A stretch of 64,000 nt of DNA, taken from Utricularia gibba. Its lineage: Eukaryota > Plantae > Magnoliophyta. Below the pieces are notes generated by a model. That model was not told the DNA's origin and searched no databases. It was given only the letters and a program-made list of their open reading frames with translations. The first letter of the stretch is position 1; each line of letters starts with the position of its first letter. The stretch is from the NCBI GenBank assembly GCA_002189035.1, contig CM007990.1:1488001-1552000 (forward strand), given 5' to 3'. A program made the position numbers and the translations under genes. Below, one piece after another: positions 49,421-62,220 of the stretch.

Positions 49421-51541
49421 GTAAAATTCTATGATCTGGGGTGGGGCTAAATTGCAAAATGAAAAGAGTGGGGGACCGACCTCAAGAATAAACCAGGGGA
49501 CCGACAAAAACTTGACAGTCCCCGCCACCTGCACCCTAGAGGAGAGAAGATTCACTTTTTTCCACAATTTCTTTTTTTTTTTTCTGCTATTTTAATAATC
49601 CCAATTATTCTTTTTTTTTTTTTTCTTTTTGCCCAGTTAGCAGCATGACATTGTTGTTGAAATTTGTGTAGAAATCCCACAAGAATCAGGATATCGCATT
49701 TTGCGGGTAAGCAAGAGCAATCTGAATTCTGCACCCAATGAATGGCGCAGCGCAGATCTCCCTCCCCTCTCTGTGTGACTGACTGCATGAATAAGAAAAG
49801 AAAGATAGCCCTAATCCCATAGGGCAGCCTCCATGACAGGGGCTTGTCTTGTGTTCGCCCCTCCTGTCTGTCTCCATTCTGCACCGATTTCAACAGACCC
49901 CCTGCTCGAGTTTTAAGTCTTTAACGAACTTTTACTATGATGGGTATTTATTATCGCCCCCCTTTACTTTTAATACTTGCATGATTGTACCACCATTTTC
50001 TTGCATCCAGTCCCCTCCTAGGATTTTTTAGGGTTTTGTTTACATGCTTCAAGTCACATTTGATTGTAAGAGCATTGAATGGCATACACATGACCCCCAT
50101 TGTTAGAGATCAAGAGGGGTGTTCATCATTTTAGGATGGATTTCCTGGTCCCTCCATGCTCTTCATTCTTTTAGCTGGTTCAAGAAACCAGGTCTTCTTC
50201 CTCTTCTTGTTTTCTTCTTCTTCTTCTTCAAGTCAAAAACCGTTTAGAGAAACTGGAGAAGGGGTCCAGAAGAAGGAGGCGAAAAGGGAGGTATCCATAG
50301 AGGGGGGCCGGGGTGGCTCCGCACTGGTCCGTCGGGGTGGTCATTGATTCTGCAATGCGGTGTAATGGCTCCTAGCCCTGGAACCCTATACATATAAATG
50401 CGCTGCTCATTCGTCTGGTATGTGTCTAGGGTGGGGAGGGACTATTCAATTAACATTCATTCAATTTTTCTTCCATCATCACTACCAACCTCCCAACTTA
50501 CCACAACTTGGTTTCGCTTCTAATACCTTGCCTCAACTCGCTCCTTTTTTGGAGCTCTGCACCCTACAGTGCAACACCTGGACCAAGAAAAAGCTTAGAA
50601 ACAGATAGATATTCGCACATAATTTCATGGAAGGAGGGATATGCGTTCCTCATGATCCCTTCCTGTAAACTCATACAATGTGACTTTTCAGATGGAAGGC
50701 TACGGCATCATCTTGAAACGAACTGGCAAAGAAGCAGTTGTGTGTATAGGTTTCTCCTGGAGATAGATTTTTTTCCCCCATGTTGAAACACAGGAATTCT
50801 TTAATGCCTACGGGTGAATAGAAATGGGAATAGGTTCACTGTGTGATAGCCTAGACTGTTGTAGCGCTGCCACACTTCTTTTTAAGGAGCAGCATCTCCA
50901 CAGTACTACAACCATGCATATCAACAAACTAATTAATTCTCAAAATTCAAAGTACCCCCCCCCCCCCCCATCTTAAGCAGGCAGAGGACCTTTAATGCCT
51001 TGGATCGAGTTTCGTAATCATATGGTAGAAGCTGAACAGAGAAACAGTATAATGGAAACGAATTCACTGTTTTCTGGTGCATCGTGTTCCATCTCCTCGG
51101 GTCCTAGGCAAAAAACTCACCCATCCAAACCCCAAGAACTTTAGAACTGCACATTTTCGTGTAGCATGGTTTAAAACTCTTCTGTCAACTCAGTCGGATT
51201 CTAAGGGTATAGTTTGCACAGTTAATTTTTATTAATTTATATCTTAAATTAAAAGTTAAAATTACTTATTATATAATATTCTGACTTTTACTTGTGTGTA
51301 ACTTTCAAATTTTTACTTAACTTCTATTTATTTTAAATTTTACTACATTTCTACTTAAAACCCAACTTATTTTATGAGTTATATCTGTCCTACTTATCAA
51401 AATAAGTTGCCAACTTATCCAACAAAAGCCCTTGCCTCTAGTAAACTAGATTTGAACGAAACCGAAACACATTTATTGAAATAATAATAAGTTACACAGA
51501 TCATAACTATTTATTTGAGTTATATTTGTCTAATAACTTCT

Positions 51542-51762
51542 ACTTATGAATTAAATAAAAGTTATAAAATAAATCATACAAACTATATCCTAAATCTCCT
51601 AAACTAATCAAAGGGGAAGGCAGAAAAACAAAAGTTTGAGTTTTATTTATCTAATAAATTACACTTATGAATTAAGTAAAAGTTACAAATTAAATCGTGC
51701 ATACTACATCCTAAATCTTCGAAACTGATGAGAGGAGAAGGCACAAATAAAAACTTAAGAGT
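51542..51762. repeat. Tandem duplication, about 122-bp period, two diverged copies
   Basis: ACTTATGAATTAA.TAAAAGTTA.AAA.TAAATC...CCTAAATCT...AAACT.AT.A.AGG.GAAGGCA at 51542 and 51664. Confidence 0.8.
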
Positions 51763-54700
51763 ATGTTGAACTCTTAAGTGGTAGGCACCCCCACCCCCAC
51801 TGCTACTGAGGGGAGGGGAGGCATGAGGAGGAGGAGGCTGGGCACGGTAGACAAGGAGATTGGGATTGTTGGGATTTGTGAGATGGATGTGTAGTTTTCA
51901 TTTTGTAGCTCCAGTTTGCAAAGCAGGTGAAAAGGCCTCGGGATTTTCAATGCTTTCCGTTAGGTTTGTCTGGTGCAGATCCAGCCATGTCTGCCATCTA
52001 TTCACACCCATGTATGCCCTCCCCCTCCCTCGCCCTCTGCTCTGCTTACAACTTTGCCTTTATCTATCCATAGCCCTAAAAGCCTACGGACTACTCTGCA
52101 AACCCTACCCAACACCCCCCACCCCCATCGATCATCATTGGTGATTGGAGCCCCAAAATGCCTGCATTTTCCGCCACCACTTGTAAACACACACGTCCAT
52201 TGCCTGCACGGACGCTTACTCACTTGTTTGTGTATAGTGCTTAATCCATAACACTATAAGGTCTCGTTTGGTAGAATATAAAAATATTAATCATACGTTA
52301 ATGTTTAATACAAAAATTTAAACATCCAACCAATTTTTTTATTAAATATTACATTCATGATAAAAAAAAACATAAATCTATCTATTAGATGGGTTTCGTT
52401 AATCCTATTTGGGTGAAATACAATTTTATTTTTTTTTTAAAAAATTCAATTATCTATTATGGATATTTTTATTCATATTGAATATAAATTTAATTATAAA
52501 AATTTATATCAAATACGTGATGAATAATCATTTTTTAAATACAACTCTATATAAAATACAATCATATTTTTAAATTATTCATTTTTGTATAAATTAATCA
52601 CATTCTTGTTTAATACCGAACAAATTGAAAGATTTTACCAGAGACTTGAATATGTAATATTATTTTTCATAAATATGTTTAAAACAAAACTCATGCAAGA
52701 GAAAAGTTTTCAAAAAAAACAACTATGATTAGATGAATTATATATATACAATTAAACATGTGCATATTTAAAAAGGTAAATAAGCCTATCGAACTTAGCC
52801 TAAATTAGCAAACGAATAGGAAACACATGTTCCATGTGAATGTGAAAATCGGTTGGTTTAACCGACTTCAAACCCACTTGTAAGATATCAACTCAAATGT
52901 AAGATGTCAAGATAGTAGCGTATCCATTATTCTTCACTTTTTTTTAGTGACGTCAAATTAATAAATAATGAGAATAATAATCTAAATTATACTTTTAATA
53001 ACAGCATATTTAGAGTTCTTTTTCAAACAACACCATGTGTCTCAAGATGTATTTGGTGGTGGTATTCATGTATACCAGATGAAAGTTCTAGAGTGTGAGC
53101 AAATTAGTTTTTGAAGAAACCAAATATAATGATTCATCTTTGTCTTATATGATATAATATTCATTTTGAATACTTCATCTTCATAATTTTACGTTTTTAC
53201 TATATGAAAAAAAGATAATACAAAATTATGAGAATTTCTCTATTTAAATATATTTTCTCCTTTCATTCGTAATCATTGTAAAATACCGTTATCAAGTCGA
53301 TAGATGGTGTTTGTGAATGAGAGTTATTTCTTCTATGGGAGTAGAAATATGTCAATTTGTCACTTCACATGACTTATACAATTTCTTTCGATGAGAAAGA
53401 TTTCTTTTTTTATAATTGGATGCAAGGGACCAATCACGTGCCCCGTCTCCCTCCCATTTTATTCCATGCATTTTCCAGCATTGAGTGATGACGGAATCGC
53501 CATGGATCCTTCAGTTTCAGTGTTCATACAGAATGTTTAAGATTCCATACAACTTGCTTGAAGTCGACAACCATCTGCACCTCCAGCTTCCTTTCTTAGT
53601 TAGGGTTTTGCAACACTTGCTTCAGGCAATGAATGGCTAGATCCGAAGCATCCCAGCACTAGGTTTTGAGAGTTGCACGTACTGTTTTCGAATGGATTCA
53701 TTGATTTTTACCTCCTTAACCAAACTGTTAAAAAGCCATCAAGATAAGGGAGGTAAGATGAAGAAATCCCGGATAGAACCCTTCATACCCCGCACTCGGA
53801 ATCAGAAGTTCCAAGGAAAAACCTAGGAATCCCACATCTGACGCGAGTGTTGGCCCTCAATTGAAGAAGATGGTGTTCGCCTCAAGTGATATGATCGTAG
53901 AGATCCAGGCATTTGGAGTCTGAATCACCCGTTTCAGGTTATCAGTTCGTATGTCGTCAGGCTATGAATATCGGAGAGGAAGCGACGCCATCCCTAGAGT
54001 TAGGTTTCGTATTAAATGGCATGCCGACTTCCCAAATCATAAGATAGACGTAAAAAAATGAGCTCAACCATAACCTCTCCCATGTCTCTTACCAACCGCT
54101 AGACGTATGTGATGTCTGAATGTTTTTATGCAATGCAAAGACTTTTGTAGAGACGCGCACCTCTCAGCAGCTATAGGGTGTAGGGACCAATCTGTTCGTT
54201 AGGACACTACACTGTGAACCCGGGCAATGGCAATGAGCATTCAAACTCATAACCGTGCTCTTGTATTTCTCCTAGGAGATCCAAAACATCTTTCGTTGAA
54301 GACTTTTTTACCTGTCTAAAAGACTTTTTCCCTCTTCTTCCGCCGTCCTTGTTATCATCCCCCCCTTAACTTGGTTCTCTTCAGTCCATGTAATTGCAGT
54401 GCGATTTTTGAGGAGATCATTCAAGTGTAGAAGAAGGATAAGCTGAAAAAGGCTAAAAATCCAGCCAGAAAGATGATAAATGCTGCATGAATTAAGATAA
54501 GATCCTGCAGTAAATAACAATCGATGCCCATTACTTCCCAAGGACATAAAGAGAACAGAACATGATGTTGATTTAGATGTTATGTTGTTTTCGTTCTAAA
54601 ATTTGGAAGTAGGAGATGGGAGGAGGAAACACTCCATCAGTTGATAACATAAATCAAGAAGCTAAGAGATATCTATCCTACGGGTACTAATAATCTAGTA

Positions 54701-54860
54701 ATGTGGTTGGTTTATGGAGGAATGATTGTACACAGACTCCGCATGAGAGCAATGCGAGCTCAAAAAAAGTGGGCAGCTTTGGAAATTATCAGAGAGTACA
54801 AAAAGGAAAGCTTGAATTTTTGAGGTTGTAATGGCGTCTGCTGCTGCTGCGGCTTGCAAT

Positions 54861-56026
54861 TCAGATATCTAAATCCAGAGACATGGACCCTTTTCCCTTA
54901 TCGTCTCCACGGCTGTGACCGTACCCCGGCCTTAACTGGAGATCGGAGGGGGCGGAGGAGGAAGACGGGGAGGAATCGAAATTCGTTGCCGGAAAATGGT
55001 GCAGCAACGGCAGCGTTGCGGTGCTTGGAGAAGTGGAAGAAGACATCATATCGTAGTCATCTGACTCAGAAATTGGACAGTCCACGTTCACGCCGAACAG
55101 CCTAAGTCGCTTTGCTGCTGCTTTCCCTTGGACCACCGGCACTGATTCGAACACCATTGGCTCAGCCCCTCTTTGTCCTTGTGGGCCGACTCCGGCGACA
55201 TAACCTCCACCAGCACCTCCGCCACCGCCGCCGCCGCCCCCGATCTAAGATAAAATATCGATCCCACAGGGCAGGGATTCCCACTCATGACGCTATTGTA
55301 ACCATAACCACCGTACGCAGCAGCGGCAGCAGCAGCAGCAGCAGCTCTATGATGATGATGAGGAGATGCCGATAACACGGGGTTTTGGGTCGGGTTTGAG
55401 TTTGACGGTAAGAAGAGTGGGCTCCACGGGTGAATCGGACGGTGGAGTCCAGGGAATTGATTATGATGATTAGAGATAGAGAAACTGTAGAAAGGGGGCT
55501 GAATCTCCGGCGCATCAGGGCGACGCCGCCAGTCGATGAAAAGACGATCTTTACCCAACTCACCGACGCCCCGTTGGAAAGACACGATGTCGCCGGCGTC
55601 CAACCTCTTTTCCTTGACGAACCGGCTCCAGCCCTTGGTCATGACGTAGCTCTGGCTACTGTTCCAATACGAGTACCGGAACCGCCACGGCTTCCCGTTC
55701 CGATCCTCAAAGTTCAAAAGAAGTCCCTTTTCATTGGTGGAGGAATCCAAGGGAAAATACTTCTCCGCGTGCTGCTTAGGAATCACCAGACGGTTAAGCT
55801 TCCCCACATCGCTGGGAGTCACGACCTTATCAAACATATGCTCCCTAGCAACAGAGCTGCTGCTACTACTGCTCCCCCCTTCCCCTCCTCTCCGATTCGT
55901 CTCTGAATCGTCGTCTATGACGTGAATCGGCGGGGAATCCAAAGGCTGAAGCGACGAGGGGGAAGACGACATCCTCGGCCCCGTCATCTCCTGGTAAAAC
56001 CCCGGGCGCCCCGACATGAAATTCAT
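54861..56026 (-). CDS. NGA: NGATHA-type RAV/B3 transcription factor, intronless, about 388 aa after correcting one apparent -1 frameshift at 55227-55231
   Basis: B3 domain [33 protein letters not shown]...[27 protein letters not shown]. The C-terminal NGA block [28 protein letters not shown]...[10 protein letters not shown] is in an overlapping frame. Confidence 0.93.
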
Positions 56027-56381
56027 GGCGTCGATGTTTTGTTGCGCAGCAGATCGAAATGGGGAAAATTAGGGTTTTTTATACTCGGAAAGACGAACAA
56101 GGAGAAAGCAATGGAGGAAGGCAGAAGAAGAAGAAGAATAGAAGAGGGTATTTTTCCTTTCTTTCTTTCGGGTGATTGGTAGCTATCTGTTGACCTTTCT
56201 CGGAGAGAGATGTAAATGTAAATGAAAATGGAAATGGAAATGGAAATGTAATGAATGTGTAAATTGAAGGGCATGGGGAATTTATATATAGAAAAAAAGG
56301 TGCAGGTGATCGGGGTGGGAGTTAGCCCCAATTTCTTTTTTATTCAAATTGTATTTATTCTGGAATTCAGCTTTTGGTTTT

Positions 56382-56389
56382 GGCCCCAC
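56382..56389 (+). promoter_or_regulatory. TCP-binding consensus GGNCCCAC about 360 bp upstream of the NGA ATG
   Basis: GGCCCCAC read directly. Short motif, so chance occurrence is possible. Confidence 0.35.
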
Positions 56390-59300
56390 GCAGTTATCTG
56401 GCCGTGTTGCCTGCCTTCCTTCATGTGACCTCGTCCTTCTCATCGCCCACTTCATCTCTACTCAATCCTCCCTTTATTTACAAAATTGGACAACCATGCA
56501 ATATCTTTCACACACAAAATTCAAAAAATTTATATTACAAATAATTAATTTTCTCACACCTTTTTTGACATATTTCTAATTCATACTCCATTGTCTCATT
56601 ATTCACCGAGATTATCATACTATCATTTTATCTCACACAATAAAATCAAAATTTTATATTTAGGATGATTATTTTTCACACCCAATAACAATAAGATGGT
56701 TAGTTTTCACATTGATGCTTATTCGCCTTTTCATCTTAACATTTTTTAATCATATTAAATTAATAATAATAATATGTTTTTTTTCAATGAACACAACTTG
56801 CGCACACATGGGGTTTTTAGTAATTCTACATCCTTCTCATACCATAGCCACTAAGATTCTATCTTATGATTCGAACTAAAAAAACGAGCGCTTTACCATA
56901 ACATGGGCATGTGCTTTAAATTGAACTTATTGAAATGATTTTGTTTACTTTTTGTAGATTCCAAAACTTATGTGTTGTGGAAATACTAAAATTTCTAATA
57001 AATTAATTAAAAAATTTCTAAACATTCCAAAAACACATTTATACTCGTATATTAAACTATACAATAATTCAATTTATTAAATTTATAATATCTTAAAATT
57101 GATCGTATTTTACATAATATTAAACGTAAGTCTAAAAACAGGAAGTGTCCCATGTATGCTTCAATGTCAGGTAATGCCACTTAAATTATATACTAATAAG
57201 TGAATATTTCTATTTTCTTTTACCTTAATAAAAATAAATGCATGTGTAATGTATTAGGACAAGGACAGGTAATTTTGAAAACGCGTGTTTAGGGGCTCAT
57301 TAGTGTGCAGTATTGGGAGGTTTGATTGGGATAGTACTTGCGCATCATTAATGCCGATCCCAACAAAAACCAATTTTATGTGGGGTTTTTTTATTTATTA
57401 ATTATTAGACGGGGGCAAAAGCGTAATCTCCTAAATATATAAAGAAATTGGCTGACAAAAAATTCCAATTACATTTCTGCTTTTTAAAATAAAAATTTCA
57501 CGTCTTTTGGTACTATCTTTTTTTTTTACTTTTTTTTTCTGAAATTATGTACGTACGGACAGTGAAAATACAACACACGCGAGCTTCTTTTCCCAAAAAG
57601 ACCAATAGGAATAAAGTCACATCATCCTCCATGTTTATACACTTTTGCTCTAGATAAGGAGCAGGATCGCTGGATGGTTTTACTTGTCCAGTTATAGAGA
57701 TCTTTGTAGAATAAGGGACAATTTGGTAATTAGCGGCTAGGATTATTAAACTGCAATTACCTCAAAATTTAAAATTAAGTTGTTGAAAAATGTTTTAATA
57801 TTGATTGAATAATTGTAATTAATGTGATTTAAAAGTAATTATACACCTAATTTAGGAATATTATCGTCCAAAATAAAAGCAACCCTTGTTCTCCATGCCC
57901 ATCTTTGTGTTTGTTAGGTCTTTTTTTTAAGTTTAGTTACGTTAGGTGGGAAAAAAATCAACAATATATGTTAAAAAAATGGGGAAATCACACAAATGTC
58001 TGTCTACCTTATATTAATGAATTGTGGTTAGGACAGCGCACATAATGACACGTGCAGGATGTAGAAAGAAAAAAAAAAAAAAAATGGATTGATTATTTAG
58101 TCCAGTGGGCAGGCACATGATCCACCTGTGACTCTTAATTCGTCTACCCGCGTCCTTGTACTTGAAAGTATCCACATCATGTTGCACTGCGTACCTGTCT
58201 TTTCTTCTTCCTTTGCCCCAGCTATTACAACAAATAATACCATATCAATAATTTAAATTGATTTGTGTTTTTTTATGTAGTTGGATTTTCATATGTACTC
58301 AGTTGATTCATAGGATCCTTAATTTTAATATAGTATAAAAGTATCTACTTTACGATATGACTTGGATAGACAAGATGAATTTCGTATTGATTTGAGTTTC
58401 AAAAAAAATAAGAAAATGTATTAAAATTAGACAATAAAAAAGTAAGTCGAATTACGATCCAAATACTATCTACAATCATAAAAAAAAAACAAGTTTTAAC
58501 TAGATCAAATACCATTTTGACTTGAGAACGGGTTTAAAACAAACAATCTTATATTGATAATTTAAAGTGAAATATTAAAGTATATAAAAATAATAATTTA
58601 TTAATAATAATTTATATTTAATCTTTTTTAATATAATATATGTTTGTTATGTATTTAAATTTCATATGTGCTCATATAATTTATCAGATTCTTAATTTCA
58701 ACACTTTCATTCCATCTCATGGTGCTACTGTTGCTTCTTGCTCCTTCCAAACCAAGGGATTTTGGATGGGTCGGGTCGGGTCAACTCGAAGCACGTACAC
58801 GATCAATTTAGATATCGAGTTTGGGGTGAATTTGACTACGCATTATTTCGAAATGATGTTTTTTTTGTCCGGTGACTAGGTGTAATAAGTAGACTTGAGG
58901 TGTGCATGTCTATAATAAAATAGACGTATTGTTCGATTTATATATATATATTATATAAAATAATTGCATAATTATTTCATTTAAAAACTCTTATTTGACA
59001 TGACTTTTCCAAACTATTTCTTTTTTCTATTTATTCTAAATGTATCTACTAATACATTATTAATTAAACAATCCTACCTTCAGAAATTATAATTTTTTTA
59101 AATAATTTAAAATTGAATTATAACTAAAAATCCCAATCTGAATTTCACAACTGGAAGCAATTAGAAAGTAGTTGCAGGGCAGTTAACCAGGTTACACCTA
59201 AAAAAGAAAAAAAAAGGCGGGAGGGGGCGAAGGGGGGGGGGGGGGGGTAGAGTAAGATGATGATGATGATGATTTGTATTGATACCACGTGGTATGAAGA

Positions 59301-60113
59301 ATATCCAAATTAAATATTGGGCGAGGGTTGAGAGACCCTACTTTGAAACAACAGATAGGCGGAAAACATCTACACTCCAAAAAGCTTCGTATGAGAAGTC
59401 ATGTCGACATGTGTTAGGTGTCATGTGGGAACACGTGGCAACCAAATTTAAATTCTTTTTCTTTATACCAAAAAAACCCCCCAAATACACCCTCTCCATT
59501 TCAAAGCAGCTGGAAACACAGGCAAGCATCATGAAACGGGGCTCCCCAGGTAACCGGCGGGATTAGTAGTAATATTCATTACAAATTGGTAATGAAACAT
59601 AGGTGAATGAATGGTTATGTACATGTAAGAGTTGGGTTGGGGGGGTAATTTGGAGGATGTGGACATGTCAGGGGGGTTATGGACCATTGGGTGGGAATGA
59701 GGATGGAGATTAGTTAATAGCGAGAGAGGCGCCAAATCGGACGGCCCCTGTTGCTGTTACTGGACCAATGTATTAATAATCCATCTACTCCCCCTCTCCA
59801 GTCCCCCATTTGCATCAGTTTCACTGCATCATTCATAATTATTCTTTCATCCCTGCGTTTCATTGGCATTGTACCCGATTGTGTCTTTCTTCTTTGGTGG
59901 GAAGTGTGAAGGAGCAGCAGCATCTGATGTGTTGCTGTTGTATGCGGTGAGGGAAGGTTGGGTTCTGTGTTGTGCAGAATGGATCATTTGCTGTGCGTGT
60001 GGTTGATGGGAGTTGGAGGAGAAGGGGGGATGGGGATGGGGTTGAGGAGGATCATATCACTCGCATAAGCGAAATTTAAAGCATGAGACCAAGAAAAGAA
60101 CAAGGCAGGCTGT

Positions 60114-60154
60114 GGGGGAGACGTTGGGGTGGGGAGGGGGGACCGGGAAATGGG
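60114..60154 (+). other. Canonical G-quadruplex-forming sequence (six G-tracts)
   Basis: GGGGG-AGACGTT-GGGG-T-GGGG-A-GGGGGG-ACC-GGG-AAAT-GGG satisfies G3+N1-7 x4. Confidence 0.7.
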
Positions 60155-61639
60155 ATGGTGCCAAGGGAATCCATCCTTTGTGGAAGACGATGGATGTTCC
60201 ATGGCCTTTTTCACTCTTTCTAACTGATGAATGATGAATAGTCAGTCAATCCTCCCGGCACACACCCCAGTCACGATCCAACTCATGCACTGAGGTTTCC
60301 CGATCTAGGGTTTTGGGAATTGTGGACGTGGTGAACTTCCATGGACCCTTTTTGGGACGAAAAGGGTGGTCTACATATTTGATCAGTAGCTTTTTTTCTG
60401 GGCCATTCAGAGTTTCCAAGATGCCCATTTGAAAGGCCCCATGGGATGGGTGCCCAAGCCTTAGGCAGGTATTGATTGCATCCATCCCTCCACGTTCATG
60501 CTGTAAATTCCATCAGCATTTGTTTAATCCCCGTATCAAGTTTCCGATGATGTTTAGTTCCGGAGTGAACAACCAACCACCATCATCAATCAGGTTGTGT
60601 GTGCACTTCCTTATCCCATCCGATCCCTCCCCAGCAGCTCTGTTGTGTGTGCCTCTCTTCCAATCCATAGCTGGATTCTTTCTCAGCATCCTGGACCGGA
60701 TCAGATTGGAGAAACTTACGCCTCTCCGTTCAGGTGCCTGAAAACCTTAGAGAGGATCTTCCGATCCACTCGGATGTTGGAAATACGCTCCCGCTACTGT
60801 CCATTCCCACCATCAGAGCCATAAATTTCAAGAATGGCTTTTTTCGACCGGGCTCCATCTTCTTGCCTGAATCTCCATGCGCACTTTGTCAGCAATGCCA
60901 TCCAATTCAATTTATCGATTGCGCAGGGATAAGATTTGAATTTTTCATATGAACCTTGTGCGATGAAGATTCGGCATTGAGAAGTTGTGAGCACGCTGAA
61001 ATGCACAACCAAAAACATAAACCTGTGATGCAACATATGTGAATTTCCCAGATGAAGAAAATTACATTTTTTCTAGATACAATGGATCTGGATCAAATAT
61101 CTTCAAACATTAGAATAAATTCTTATTCGTGTATGAGGGAGAGGTATCATTTTTTGTTTTCTTCACATGGAGTGTGTATATTTTATAACTCACTTATCAT
61201 AACCTAGCATTCAATGTTTTGTTATATTTTAAGCATTTTATTAGAATGCTTCTGTTTTGATATTTTTTTTACTGAGCAATATTTCATCTTTTATTTTTTC
61301 ATTTTCTATAAATAACTTGAGTGCGAAAAGAACATAGATTCATTTTGTGCATGATATTTATTAAATTTAAAAATACTTGCATAAGAGGACTGATGTATTA
61401 AAATTTGTCAAATCAATATCCAATGTAGCTCACACTCTTTTCACTTAGTTCATATCAAACTATGAATATGCTTTCTCTAGTGTTGTATGAGACAGTTCCT
61501 TTTATATGTGTCATAGGTAGAATTGATGTTGTGCGTACAACTTTGAGAATCTCAGTGCTATATTTGCAATGGTTGCAATTACGGATCATCAATTGCTAAT
61601 TTTGCATATAAGGTGACCACCACGTGCAATATGCTTATT

Positions 61640-62220
61640 CAGTAGTCCTTAACACTACGTCCATGCTGAACCTGATTCCCCATTTATAACAATTGTGATG
61701 AGTGACTTGTAGTTGTATTGAGTGTGGATATGTTGCCTATCGATTTTTTAATAACCCAACAATGCTAATACCTTTCGATGCAAGACTTGAACACTTAAAA
61801 CATTTAGTGGAAAAAATGTCTTTCATAATCATGTGTGCTATGTAAACCATGGTTCTAAGATTAGCTCTTTGTACCTCATGAAAGTATTTAGCAACTCTAC
61901 CATAAACTCCATCATATACTATAAATGATTTCGTATGCTTTTATTAGGGCATATCATGCTTTTCAATATAAGATCTTAAATCTTAATTGATGAAGTATTA
62001 TCTTTTAAATTGTGAAAGCCTTAATTATTTGTCTATCACTCGTAACTTTTAAAACAACCTGCACAAGAAATTCTCTTCATGAATGAATGTATTATGTCAC
62101 CTAAGAATGTCCTTACAAATATAAGTCAAATTCAGTTTCACTATCTTTGTTATCACCAACCTATAAACATTATTCTATGTTGCTCAACATCATCTTTGAA
62201 ACATCCTCATTGCTAAAAAC
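61640..62220 (-). mobile_element. Degenerate Mutator (MULE/MuDR) transposase relic
   Basis: Collinear fragments across frames: ILY*KA*YALIKAYEIIY (cf. SYxKAWxAKxKA..IYG), YFHEVQRANLRTMVY (cf. YLxxLxxxNPGTxV), FFH*MF*VFKSCIERY*HC (cf. FxRxFWxFxPCIEGFxxC), IDRQHIHTQY..SLITIVING (cf. IDGTHLxxKYKGxLLxAxxxDG). Confidence 0.7.

Noticed and set aside
49550-51100. Possible pri-miRNA, TAS3 or small-peptide locus (TATAAA at 50393, short hairpins, short ORFs)
   Set aside because: No match to conserved miRNA, miR390 sites or tasiARF sequences that I checked by eye. Hairpins are short and imperfect, and the ORFs are unrecognisable.
53490-54000. Plus-strand frame starting MDPSVSVFIQNV that looked like a decayed CDS
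   Set aside because: About 11 stops in 165 codons is what random sequence gives, and no family motif is recognisable.
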